In this document: positions 11,354-23,982 of the stretch, piece after piece
Layout: each line of letters begins with the position of its first letter
How positions within the stretch are numbered: position 1 is the stretch's first letter
From: Podarcis liolepis
Lineage: Eukaryota
Reading direction: 5' to 3' (one strand)
DNA: 64,000 bases
Assembly (NCBI GenBank): GCA_965112155.1
Contig: OZ218100.1
Position numbers and translations under genes: made by a program
Notes under the pieces: generated by a model
Database searches by the model: none
What the model saw: only the letters and a program-made list of their open reading frames with translations
What the model was told of the DNA's origin: nothing

Positions 11354-13316
11354 AAAATGCAGAAGAAAAACGAGAGCTATACAAATGTGGACTAGCAGAT
11401 AAATTTGAAAATTTTGGGGTCAGCAGATGAAAGATATCTAGTACTATGTAACTAGTAAAAACATGTTTTCAGGACTTATTCTTATGTACATTTCACACAA
11501 AATACACAGTCTGTATAACTGTGCAATACAGACCAAGCCCCTTGCGAAAAACAAAGAACACCATCCATAGAAAATTAGATGTCCTTAAACACAACTGAAA
11601 ACTATGGGGCATAACTACATTATAAAATTATGCCCATGTTATTTTATTCTATGATTCTCTCCAGTCATAATAGGAAGTTTCATACGACATTCACAGCTGA
11701 AGTTTGCACTGTGACACACAACAGCATGACAAGTAAACATCAACTTGGGGGGTTATCAGTTAATGCATGGGATGTATCCTCACTCAGTATCTAATTTGAA
11801 AGTGGCTGTGTAATCACATCTCAGGTGTTTCCAGAGGATGTTTGCCAGTTTTGTAGTCAACATGCTCAGGGCTTATTTGTTCTTTTACAAGGAAGACTGA
11901 GGGAGGAAAGGTGAGAGAAGAAAGTAAACACTCTTCCCCTACTCACAAATGCAATCTGTGTCTCACATATACACACTGCTCTTTTCCCACACAAAGATGA
12001 ATGTTTCTCTTGAATCTAAGAGTTATTTAGTTATATCCATGGACTTGCCATGTGTGGTGGGAATTGTTACTTTTCTCTAAATATAGCAGACTCCTGTGCC
12101 ATATTGCAATTCACTTCCTTTCAGTGCCTTTTGGAACTAGTTGAGTGGTGTCTTCAGTCTTGGTTTATATATATGTTTAGTAATGGGAAATATGTAGGGT
12201 AGTGGGAAACCCGTTACTCTGAAATGCACAACTGTTTGCCATGAAAGGATATCATCCTAGAAGCAAAACTTTGCTACCCTGCAATATTTAACACTACAAT
12301 ATATAAACTGTACAATATATAAACATGATCCAAAGTTCCCAACACAGAGCATTCCCAACCTCTACTCACATAACCTAATGAGAACATATTTGTGCCGCTT
12401 TCAATTACACTCCCCAAAGATGTTCCAATTCGTGGAGAGAGAAAAATCACCACAAGGTGGCACCAGCAACACACATTAGATATTCCAAGTCAAGATATGT
12501 CACTTTCTTTTTAGGGCATTTCCTGTCTGCCCCTTCTAGCTAAAGGTATCTTAAAGTATTTTTAAAAATGGGTTGCATTCTGAAGATCTGTAATCAAAGA
12601 TATCATCTAAAGAACCATAATTATTTGTAGAGAATCATTTGCATTTGTTTAGCCTTGTGAAATGTGTTCATCCATTGAACTTCCTTCCTTCCTTTAATCA
12701 GGAGAGAATGATTGGGGTTAGTCTGTATTGCACATTCGAAACGACAGATCAGTGTGTCACAGAAACAGCTCATCTTCAACTGGATTATGGCAATCTATAA
12801 TCCAGCTACTGTCATATGTTTTGCCATATGACGGATAGATCATGTTTACTTGCCAGTTTAAGCCAAGCTTGCCATGAAGCATTAGAGTTGAGCCTCTGTC
12901 CCAAACTGCACCATATAATCAGCAGAGAAGAGGGGGGGAAAGAATGGAGGGTAGAGGAAATGAAAACAAAAAGATACACAAAGAAAGCAATAGTATATGT
13001 TAAATCAAGCAAAGTTGAGAGAAACAGTACAATACAAACAAGGGATCACTTGACATTCACACAAGGGCCAGAGGCTGACAATTTTACCAAACTTGATTTT
13101 GCTGCCAGCAAAGTTTAGTTTCAGAATTAGTTGATTGCAAAGCAATAAAAGGTGCATATATGAATAATCTATTTTAACTACGTATTACCAGAAACTAAAG
13201 TGAATTTCTTTGAAAAATAAAATAATAATCATTAGCATTACATATTATGTAAGATATATTTAAAACTCTTAAGGGATAATGGATAAAGCAACACAAACTA
13301 GGCAATTAAACAATAC

Positions 13317-13446
13317 CTGTGAATGGCTGCAAAAAGATCCTCAGTAGTCCTTGGTCTGGTTGGCACTGCCACCACCTCACTGTCTTCTCCATAACTAGGG
13401 CTTTGCAGTAAAAAGCTGTTTGCTGCATCTGATTCAAACCCCTCAG
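13317..13446 (-). CDS. NHSL1: NHSL1 penultimate coding exon (130 nt, phase 1 to 2): (A)EGFESDAANSFLLQSPSYGEDSEVVAVPTRPRTTEDLFAAIH(R)
   Basis: ttttAG acceptor; CAG|GTATTG donor; NHS-family motif RPRTTEDLFAAIHR. Not in the ORF track. Confidence 0.96.
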
Positions 13447-13961
13447 CTAAAATGCAATAAGTAAGAAAATTATGTGGGATTATAAACTCGCAATATCTGA
13501 AGAATTAAGAGTTAAGTAGCCAACAGGGCAATAAAGACTGTAAATTTCCCTAAAAATACACAACACAGCCATGCTTCTGCCTTTTTACTGATGGCAGCAA
13601 CAAAATTATTTTGAGTAACTACATTCTGTGCAAAGCTATTTATTTGCTTACAAGGAACACAACACTGACATTTCTGGATTCCCTAATCCCCACCCCATGG
13701 CCATCATTATTGTCTCAGTTTAAAAATAAACACAACAGAGATTTGGTTGAGAAATCCCCCTTGACAATTGTTTCCCTTAAATAAAGAAGGCAGTGCAGAT
13801 TCTTTACACACCATTAGCCCAAGTTCTATTATTTCCCTTAGGATCTGCATGCATTTGCACCGAGAGTGTTACACTGATGCCAATGCTGCAGCCCTCCCTA
13901 TCCTACTCCCAAATAGGTCTAGTCACTAAATATACTGGATGAAAATAGAAAGCAGACTTAC

Positions 13962-16900
13962 CACTTTCATCCCCTTGAGATGCATGCCTGTCTCCTCCAG
14001 AGACACTGTCTCCAATTCTGTTGGAACTGCTTCGTTCGCACAAGCAAGGCTGCTCCTCCTGCTTGGGCTGCAGCGCAGAAACGCTGACTTCCAGTGTCTC
14101 ACAGGAGGTGGAACCTGCAGCTCCTCCTTCTGGAACCAGGCTGCCAGCGTCCATTTCATAGGAGCAGAGTCCATCTGTAGGATAATCCTCAGCCTGGCTG
14201 TACTGTGCAATGGCAGCATCCCCTGGAGCGATTCTGACTGTTTCACCCACTCCAGCTATTTTTTCTGCTGTAACATCGGGTTGTGGGGGTGGCACAATCA
14301 GGAACAGTTTGGGTTTCTTTGAAACAGGTGGCGGCTTCTTGTTTGGCGATACACCCTGAGGCTTGTTGAGACATCCTGGCTGTCCCTCAAGAGATGAGCT
14401 TGCAAGATCAGAGCAAAAACCCTGTGCTGCTTCTTCAACACTGGCTGGTGGTAAATCACTGGCAAAGGAATTAGCTAGACTGCCTGCATTTCCAGGCATT
14501 GCACCACTCGAAAGTTCATAGTTACCACAGAGTCCTGGATAAGATCTCTGATTAGGACTGTAAACAAAGGTATTGTCAAAAGCACCATGGGGTTTCACTT
14601 CACCTTCTTCCAGGCTGTCGCAGTGTCCTACTGTTACACCTGGTTTTATAGGCAGCTGTCCTGAAAGCACACCAGTTGATTTTTCCTGAGAATTTATGTC
14701 AGAAGTAGATTCACCTGGCTCTTCAACCTCTGACACCACAGTTTTCTTCACAGACCTCAGCTGTACCATTTGCAGTGCTTGGGTGGTTACTAGAGGCATT
14801 GAAGGCCTGCCGGGATCCTCCTTTTTCAAGGATGCTCTCTTTATTGTACTGTGAGAAGAATCTTCCTGATTATATTTCTTGAAAGAACATGGTGCATTTT
14901 TATATGCACCTTTTGTGAGTTTGGGGTCCAAGGGGGGTGCTGGTGGAGGAACTGAAGAAGGGACAGGAGGTGGAAGGGGAGGAGATGGCACAGGAGGTGA
15001 CGAGGGAGAGAAATGATCCAATGAAGGTTCTTGCGGTAGGTAATTAAACCATGGGATACTTTGAGAAAACGATATGTTTATAACTGCTTCTGGTGGAGGC
15101 GGTGGGAAGTTGGGAGATCCAGGGGGAGGCGGCAGATCCATAACATCTGTTGAGGGAGGTGGTGGTGGTGGAAGAAGGTACTCAGAAGAGTCTGGAGACG
15201 AAACCAGAGGGAAGCTTGGGCCAGAGTCAGATTTCTTCACACTCCCACTCCCTTCAGCAGATGTATTAGAAGAGAGGGATGTGGAGGAGGAAGACACTGA
15301 AACTGAAGACAGAAGGGATGACTTTCTTTCAGGCACTTTAGGTTTCATCTTGGGTTTCCCGTTTCCTGTTGACATAGATTTCAGAATGACAGGCACTGGT
15401 GTAACTGCTGTGGGTGTGTTGGATTGGCTAGAATACCCACTAGATGGTGATGTAACCCTATGTGGCTTTTCTGGAGAAGTGGTCTTTGGTTTGGCCAACC
15501 CGCTGGGCACCTGTGGTGTAGAAGCCCTTGACCCATCGTTAAGGCGGCTGACGTTATAATCATTTAGCCTGGGTCCAGCATTAGCCGAATGAACTACTGG
15601 GGATTTCAGCTGATCCTCCGGCATCCCAGGACAATCGCTGTAGTAGCCCCACTGGTCAGCATACTCTGACCTGATGCTGCTTGTCTCACTCTGGGAGGGT
15701 GTGACAGTACAGATGGAGTACATGTTCAGGCCTGTTCCAGACATCATACTGCTACTGGCGCTCACTGAGCTCTGACTACGAGAGCGTAGCACCCAAGGGT
15801 CATCATAATCACTGCAGGGGCTTTGAGATGGTGAGCTGCCATTTTTGCACTTGAGGTTCAACTGTAGGGAGTGTTGGAGGCTAGCAATCAACATGTCATC
15901 CAATACCTGCCCATTGGACTGAGTTTTCTTCTTGGGGATCCTTCTAAGAGAGTCTGTTCGGGATGGCGGCAGAGGCGGTTTCTTTGCCTTTTTAAAGGAT
16001 ATGCTTCGTGAGAGGGATTTGTCGCTGTAATTCGACAAGTCTCCCAGAGATTTCTTCTCAGTGCCATCAAACACATTAATGACACTGTGCCTGGGGTTTC
16101 CAAAGCCGTTATTGCTATTGCAAGTTTTGCCAGACTTGAGTCCCGAGTCCGTGTGCATGGAAGTGTAATAGCCATCATGGTCCACAGAATATAAAGAGCT
16201 TGAGTCTTCTTTGGCAGAGACTCTTTCAAGGCTGCTGGTACTCAAGTTGCTCACAGGCGTGGAGCAGCCTGGAGTGGCACAGTTTAGTTTGTGTAACAAC
16301 ACCTCTTCCTTTCCAGAGCGCTTCAAACCACAGTGCTCTGTGCTGTTCTGAACCTGGCTCTGTGTTTTGTCAACAGAGTAATTTGATTCACTCCTACTGT
16401 CACTGTCCTGAGAGTGCGTTGGAAAACTGAGATTATTCCTACTGCTGTAGGTCATACTTTGAGGGGCATTTTCCACAGCTCCTGCACCGGTGAGAGAGAC
16501 TCCTGAATCTCCAAGACTGAGCACCATTGCAGCATTCGATGAAACAGCAGTGTCTGAGGAACGCGAGTGATGTGTTGAACTGGTCTCGCTCCAGGTCCCA
16601 CTAGAGGAATGCTGTTGATCTTTTGTGCCTACCATGCTGTTGACAACAAGATTGTCTCTAGGTTTTGTATATGAAGAAGGGTGGGTGATTTTACTATCCA
16701 TCGCGCCCGCACTCTGTGTGGTGTGAATCGCAATAACCTCTGAAGAGGATGATAGGGTTGCATTTGGTATAATGCTGGTTGAATACATACTATGTGGAGA
16801 GACCATGCATGCTAGACTTTCTGCTTGGTCACTCTCAGAGCCCTTTACCTCTTGGGACTTTGGCCTTTGAAGCATACCTGTCCTACTGTTGTTCCTCATG

Positions 16901-17333
16901 TGGTCTATGCTCTCATCCACTTGCAGTTTGCTTATCTGGTGTGACAGTGCTCCACCTTCTGTTGACTTAGACAGGCTATGTCTACGTTCCAGGAACTGTA
17001 GGGACACCCTTGCCCCAGACCGAGGTAGACTATGAAAACCCAGGTCATTGTTTAGGCGGGAGGCAAACACAACCCCAGCGGAATCACTCATCACAGACAT
17101 GTTTCCAGAAGAACTGGACAACTGTGACATCTGGGCTGCAATTCCTTGACCTTTCTGGGCACGTATTCGCCTGACTGAAGGTGGCACCACTTTGACTTCC
17201 TCCGTCTGACAGCCGGAGTCCTTGGTGTCAGACTGCTGCATGGAAGAGTGATAGCTATCAAGCCTTCCTAGCGTGGAATAGTGGTCAGGGACGCATAATG
17301 AATGGCCACGGAAGTCGTTTTTACCAGTGCCAA
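13962..17333 (-). CDS. NHSL1: NHSL1 giant coding exon (3372 nt, phase 1 to 1), Ser/Pro-rich disordered region
   Basis: ttccaaCAG acceptor at 17335-17334; G|GTAAGT donor; in frame with ORF 13903..17241. Motifs: HYSTLGR, RRIRAQKGQGIAAQ, DHDGYYTSMH, KKAKKPPLPPSRTDSL, SPSSGYSSQSNTPT, KPKVPERKSSL, LQMVQLRSV, KKPPPVSKKPKL. Confidence 0.96.
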
Positions 17334-20300
17334 CTGTTGGAAGTTAAAATAAAACAATTATTATACACATCAAGATTTCACATTTAAGCTCCTGTGTTCA
17401 TTAACAAAACATGTATCAAAAAGTTGTTTCCTTGGATGTTTCAAATATGCTTCATTGTTTCAAATATAAATAAGAACCTGGGTCTGTTTACATTCAAACT
17501 AGGACTACTCTCCAGTCACGTCACTCAGATAAAAAACAAACAAAACCTCTGATAGACAAGAATAGCTGTTATTACCTAACCAACAGGCTAAAGGCCAACT
17601 GGGAACAATCAATACTATCCTACTAGGCTGCCTGCACACTTCACTTTAAATAATAGCAGCTGCAGCTATTGTAGCATTCAGCAGACCATAATTTAAGTCA
17701 CAATGTACAGGAGTTTATTTATGTTACATATATATAATATATTACCCTATCCCCAGTGTGAAAAATGAAGAAAATAAAGAACAAGCAAAGTGTGTCTCAG
17801 TCCTTGTTCTTTGCAAACTATGTCTTGACTGCTGCACCTTCCATTCAAAAGCACCATGGCATTCCAGGAAATTCAAGCAATTCCACACAAACTATTTTTC
17901 TATATTATTATCTACTTGAATCATGAAATGTTTATTTTTGGGACCTTGCACTATACCACAGGAGAAAAATAAAGTGCTAACAATTGCTTTTTAAAACCAC
18001 TGACCTCTTTAAAGGAATAAATTGAAATATATTTAAACACATTAAATGAAGAAATTCTAAAGGCCTGGCCAAGTTTCTAAGAACTATTTCACCTATATAT
18101 TAATACTTAGCATAGCGGCGTCTACATTGTTCTTTGAGGAAGAACAAAAGGCAGGGAGAATAGTGTTGCTCACCTACTGAAGCAGAGTCTACTGCCTAAT
18201 TAGACAATGGCTTCTGTCTGCGATGCAGGTGGAGGGAGACTAAGCGCAAGGCAAGGTACAGACAGAATTGCAAGAGAGTCATCTCATAGCAAATCCAACT
18301 CTCATAATTTGAAGTTGACTTCCTGTCTTCAGGCTGCCCCTTCCCCAGTGGCAAGTGCTTGCACAGCATTCGACCATAGTTAAAGGGTTTGTCCACATTT
18401 GAGCATTATTTAGCTGTGAATCCTCCATTCAAAGCAGTCTACACTCGCCCATATTTGAATTTTTATGGCTGTCCCTGCCTTCTGATTTGCTGATTTTATA
18501 ATGCCAATTAACTATTGACAGGCACACTTCCTGTGTGTTGTGTTGTTGTTTTTTTAATTCTCCACATTTTAAAAATGTGGGTTGCTTGCAGTTTTCTGGT
18601 TTCATGCAAATCTAAGTGTTATGTCCAAAAGGGGACTAGTGGTTTGTTTTCCCCAAACAAACCATGAGCCAAACCATGGCTTAGCTCCCAGTAGCAAAGC
18701 AACATTAGGAACAGAGAAGGTGCAAATTGACCAAGATTTTTGTCCTGTGCACCAGCATGCTATACGCTAAATCTTAACTATGGTTTAAAATGATGGAAGA
18801 ACCAGGTCAGCGATATCGGCTGGAGAATGCTTTTATTCCTGCCGAAGAAAACAAGTTATTATAGAATCATGCCCAAGTACATACAAACAGTTCACATGGA
18901 ATGCTGATTTCATCATTGCCAATGGTGAACTGAGAGTCAAACCATGAACCGACATTCTCTTGATGTTGTCCATTGCTGAAGGAGATCGGTACTAGTGAGC
19001 TGTCTTTCAAGGAATGTTGTTTGCCACCATTATTTTTATTTTTATTATTACCCCAACAAGCTTGAAAGTCACTGATTTGAATGCACTTGAGAACACTGCA
19101 CTATATACTTAAATATATATCTGCACTGAAATTCTATCAAAATAGCATTTTCTTCTGTCCAAATTATGCTACAATGATGTAAAAAAGAGGTGGGGGAAAG
19201 TTTGGTATCTGAAATGCTGCAGCTCTGCCATTGAAAAATGCAGCCATTTTGGACTGCTTGCTTCTGAGCAGCTCTTGCGGGTTTTTTATGGCATGTCAGA
19301 TAAGGAGCTCCCTTCCCAGAGCCTTTCAATTCTCTTAATTGTTGAATGCAAGTGGACTGTGAAGAGTAAGGTCATTCTTCCCCATAAAATTTAATAGCTG
19401 TTTAAGTCATATTCACTTCTTGTTTTTCTTGGCATACAACAAAACACTGGCATTGGAGAGAAAGGAGGATGGAGGGAAGGTTAAGGACAATGCCATTTAT
19501 GAAACATTAACCTGCTTTCAAATAAAATCAAACCTTTACACATGTTTCTGTGCATTTTGCCTGCTTTTAAAGTTTTCCAAAAAGCATAAACTGAAGCCCT
19601 GCTTCAGCGAAGACAGTGTGGTTTTAGCTAGAACTTCAAGGCAGCTAGAATTTGACCTTTAGACTTTTTTTCTACCACAATGGGCTCAAGTAAGAAATTA
19701 CATTATGTCCCTTCAATGCTGGCAAGCAGCTTGATAATTCTCAAAAGCAGAGTTTTATCAAAATGACTATAGGCACAAAGGCCAATCAAGCAAGAAAGAG
19801 AGGACTTGTAAGAGAGGTTTATTTATTCTATATTGATCAGCATGAGCTGTAACGGAAAATAAACACCTTCTCTGTGTGATGTTCTAATGTAATCAGTTTC
19901 CTGAATATGATACAAATTCAGATTTTTCCAACAACAAAAGTTGTCAGTCCGTAAGTTAAGTTTCAGTTACTAAATTCCAAGTTATCATTGTAACTACTGC
20001 TTAAATATGTACTTAAACTAATGTATTGATTTGTGGCATTTTTTTTCACTACTCAAAGAGACTCAAAGCACTTTAAAATATATATTGTAGCGTAATGTTT
20101 TTCAAAAAGTATTTCTGGCATAAATGGATACTTTTAATATTCTACTCATGTCTCTCTTATTCACAGAACTGTATGTGGAATCACGAGAACCTGTCAGGGG
20201 AATTGTGAGTTTCATATTGACAGATTATGAAACCAGAGATTCGTCTCAAATTCTTTAACAGAAAATTAAATGCCAAATTATGTAAGATATTATTAATTGG

Positions 20301-21892
20301 GAAAGTATAATAAGATATTTTGTGCTGAAGAACAATCCTCAAGAAGAAGCCAAATTGCAAACTGCCAGTTTCCCTTCAGATCCCTTCTTGGCTGCAATAC
20401 TGGGCCTTACCCTGCCCTTTAATGTTAGGGCAAGTAGCCCAAATAGTGTTGTGCTCCTTCCATGTTGAATGATAGGAAAACACCATGGTAGATATCATTT
20501 ATTTGCTTTAAATTACAGGATAAAGTCCAACAGCGCAGTCCATAATAGGCTATCAGGAGCAGTGGGGATTCGCCCACCCTTTCAGTACCCTTTAAAACAA
20601 GGAGATAAGTTACACTAGCCAGAAAAACTCAGCACAGAGCTATGATGGTTATATTGCAGACTGTCTCTTCTGAATGTGAGTAAGCAAGCATGCAAGCACA
20701 AGAGCGGGAGCCAAGGGCGGTAGCTGCCAATATAATGGAGTTTGGGGTCAGGAAAAAAGACTACTGGGTTCTTCAAATACCAAAGGTCAGGTGGGTAGAG
20801 GTTTTAGAGGAGAAGGAGCAACCAGAGGTTTGCCTGCACTAATTTGTAGGCCAATGGAGCTCACCTACACCAAAGCTACAGAAGGAACACAGGACATCAT
20901 GGCTGGGAAAAAATGTATAGGAAGTTCCTTTAAGTCCCACAACCCAATGGAACTGCCATCAAGTTGCATGCAACTGGCATGACTCCATGCCAAATGAGGG
21001 CAGAATTTCACCGGCACCATTGCAGACACCAATAAAACTTCTAAGACATTTGATGAACACTGTAACTTGCACTGTGCATGGGTGTGTCAAGTAATTTCTG
21101 CATAGCAATTCAGTATGTCAGCACAAGCCTTCCTAAATGTGGGTTTGTGGTGCTATGGTGTAAAATCAAAGCTTCCATGTTGGGAGATGGCCACAAATAC
21201 ATGGATTTCAAAACAGCCATGCCACAGCTACTTGAATGTGCAAACTAAATGCCTCAAGCAGGATTTCAGGGAGCCTAGAATGTCTACTAAGCATTCAAGT
21301 GAACAAGCAGGAAGATCATTGTCTGAAGTTGGCTATGAAGAGAATAAAAGCTATCTACACTTTTGTTGTTGTTAGGAATGAAAAAAAAATTGGAAGTGAC
21401 AGAATACAAACAAGGGTCTAGCCTAAAAAGGGCCTTAGCTTATGCCCATTACATTGATGTTTGCCAAGAAGGAATGGCTGGGGATGAAAGTTATTTATGG
21501 TTAAACAAATGACAAACCCAGAAGACCTCAAATATGATAATTGCATAGTGAATATTTATGTTCAAATATGGACTCTCCTATAGCATTTCACAAATGTTTG
21601 AGCCATTTGACTGATAAGCCTTATGATCAGATGGTAAGTGGGGAAGTTTTTAATGAGATTCTGGAACCAATTTTAGACAGCAGTACTCCTCCTACTAAAA
21701 TCCAATCTTCAGTGAAGAATGAAGGAAATGTGAGACTGACGTGCTCAAATTTACCAGTAATTGTAAGATATATCTTTAAGACCAAGGGAATAAAAAAAAA
21801 CCTGAAAACAACCCTAAAATTCTTATGGATTTTTACTGTCCCAGTACATGATTTCAGAAAATTGGAGCTTTGCATGGCATTCAGTAAATTCA

Positions 21893-21953
21893 GTTTGTTT
21901 GTCTGTCTGTCTGTTTGTTTGTTTGTTTGTTTGTTTGTTTGTTTGTTTGTTTG
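21893..21953. repeat. (GTCT)/(GTTT)n microsatellite
   Basis: Direct reading. Confidence 0.95.
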
Positions 21954-22167
21954 AAAAGATGGAACTTTAATTTCCAGGCGGGCAAAATGATCAGTTTAAG
22001 CATACACTATTTATTCTTTCCTAGTGGTCAGGCATACATTCATTTTAACTTTTAATAGGCTATCAGACTGTATTGACTTCATGAGCGTGGGGTAAATGTT
22101 ATGAGTTTAGTCACAGTAAGCAAGATAATTATTAATTGTAATGGAATACAGTTCTGATGAGCCATAC

Positions 22168-22299
22168 CTAGCTCTCTTTGGATGTTGTCAGGGACTCCTG
22201 TAATAGTCTTTCTCCTTTTCACTTTCTTCGGCCGCCTTACCACAGTATCTGTGTAAATTAGAGACCTCCGTATGCTGGCTTGGCGGTCAAAATTCTCCC
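22168..22299 (-). CDS. NHSL1: NHSL1 coding exon (132 nt, symmetric phase 1-1, skippable): GENFDRQASIRRSLIYTDTVVRRPKKVKRRKTITGVPDNIQREL
   Basis: catCAG acceptor; TAG|GTATGG donor; NHS-family motif FDRQASxRRSL..RRKTIxG. Confidence 0.95.
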
Positions 22300-23029
22300 C
22301 TGATGTACAGTAGAACAAGCAAAGCACCATTACTTTCAAGCACGCTGACATCATGCACTTTCTTCCACTTGCTTATTATAGAAATGAAGAAAAGGCATTA
22401 ATATATGATGTTAGCTCAGTCATACAGAGTGGATATACATAGAAGGAAAAGATACAGCATACTGTCACTTTAAGGCTTTACAATGGAAGGGATTACATGC
22501 TCCTATCAAATACATTTGTCTCATCAAACCAAATCTTCATCTAATCTAAACATATCAGTGAGCCATTAATGGCAGCGTTGGACATTTATATTTACATTAT
22601 GTCCCAGCTTACCTTCTTATGAACTTTGAGGAATGGGGGAGAGAGAATTTATGCTCTTATTTTTGAGAAATGCACTGAATAGGTACATTTCATTTTCTTC
22701 ATTTTCTTATGGCATGGCTTGGCATGGTAATGACTTCAATGACAATCCTAAATATGCTTAATTGGAGGTTTAATTTAAATTAGTGGACATGAGGCGGATA
22801 TGAAGCTAATGGAAGTGGATGTAAGGTGTGGAGGTCAGTTTGGATAAGTGGGTTCCTGGAATGATGTCAGAGGTTTGAGGCCTCATTGCTTATTTATTTA
22901 CTTAAAAACTGTATATCACTATTCATAAAAACATCAGAACTATTACAAAGATATTTTCTGAGGGACTGTGGTTCTCTTTTTTCCACTGTTGTAAGCTGTT
23001 AATTTGGAAAATGACAAATCATTTACGTA

Positions 23030-23470
23030 ATATTTAAATATATTTTCTTAATTGACTGCATAAGCTCGGTAGCATGGAAAGGTTTTCAGGAGGTGTTTTA
23101 AAAGTTAAAACAGAATATGCCTGATGAACCTCTATTGGCAGAACTGGGGTGACAACACAAAAAGTTTGGTTTCTTGCTGCTATTAAGCAGCAGGGTGGAC
23201 ATACACTAAGAACATCGCTAGACTGCCTCTTTTGTTCAACACCAAATGTAGGCCCTTATATGTGTGTTTTAGTTTTTTGAAACTCCCAGACTCTAAGCAT
23301 AAGTAAAGTAAGATGATACCTCTGCATCCAAAACTTTTTATACCGACAGTCATAAGAAATCTGGCTACTTTCGCCTGCATTAGATACTTCAGAGGAACTG
23401 ATTGCAGATTATTCATTATATGACTACAATGAAGTTTTATAATATCTGAATGTCTTAGGTATTTTTAAAA
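23030..23470 (-). mobile_element. Highly degraded L2-like LINE 3' fragment
   Basis: Weak similarity in layout to the clearer L2 fragment at 47200-47465; borders approximate. Confidence 0.4.
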
Positions 23471-23938
23471 TGAACAAACAATTTGAACTGAAACAGTGTT
23501 TCAGTAAGCACTGCTGTATTTTGCAGTGAACTTATAATGTTAGCAGTGTTGTGAACAGCCTTGGAACAGTGGGAGAAAAATTAAAATATTAAATAACAAA
23601 CATGACCGAGTCTAGACAATGTTCTGACTTTCAGGTTAGCCAAAATTTAATGTCTGTTACCTCTGAAAATTTACTATATTTAAATACAACATTATATGGA
23701 GGGGGGAGGAGAGAAAGAGACAAAGAGAGACTGATGCAGATGGAAACAGCTCCATCATACTGTGAAACCCTGACAGAGGTCTCACTGTCTCTTTTTGGTT
23801 GGTACCAAAGAGCCATGCCAAATGCCAGTAACATTTATTGAACATAAATTCTCTATATAGACTTCAGTGTCACAGAACTGCACCCTGGCTATATTTAGTC
23901 TTTAAAGTAATTTTGGCATGTAAGCAGTATATGAATTG

Positions 23939-23982
23939 ATAATAATAATAATAATAATAATAATAACCATCATAATAATAAT
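23939..23982. repeat. (AAT)n microsatellite, interrupted
   Basis: Direct reading. Confidence 0.95.

Noticed and set aside
15074-15559. Gly-rich 161-aa + strand ORF (also 9228-9557 and 13939-14322)
   Set aside because: Antisense shadows of Pro/Ser-rich NHSL1 coding sequence.
13903-17241. 1112-aa ORF as a standalone single-exon gene
   Set aside because: It is the giant internal exon of NHSL1. The true limits are 13962-17333, defined by splice sites and phase continuity.
18174-18239. 66-nt AG/GT-bounded segment in NHSL1 intron 5 as a coding cassette
   Set aside because: Contains an in-frame TAG in the required phase; at most a poison exon, with no supporting evidence.
22613-22623. 11-nt micro-exon with a strong GTAAGC donor upstream of the 132-nt exon
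   Set aside because: Weak AAG acceptor and frameshifting length.
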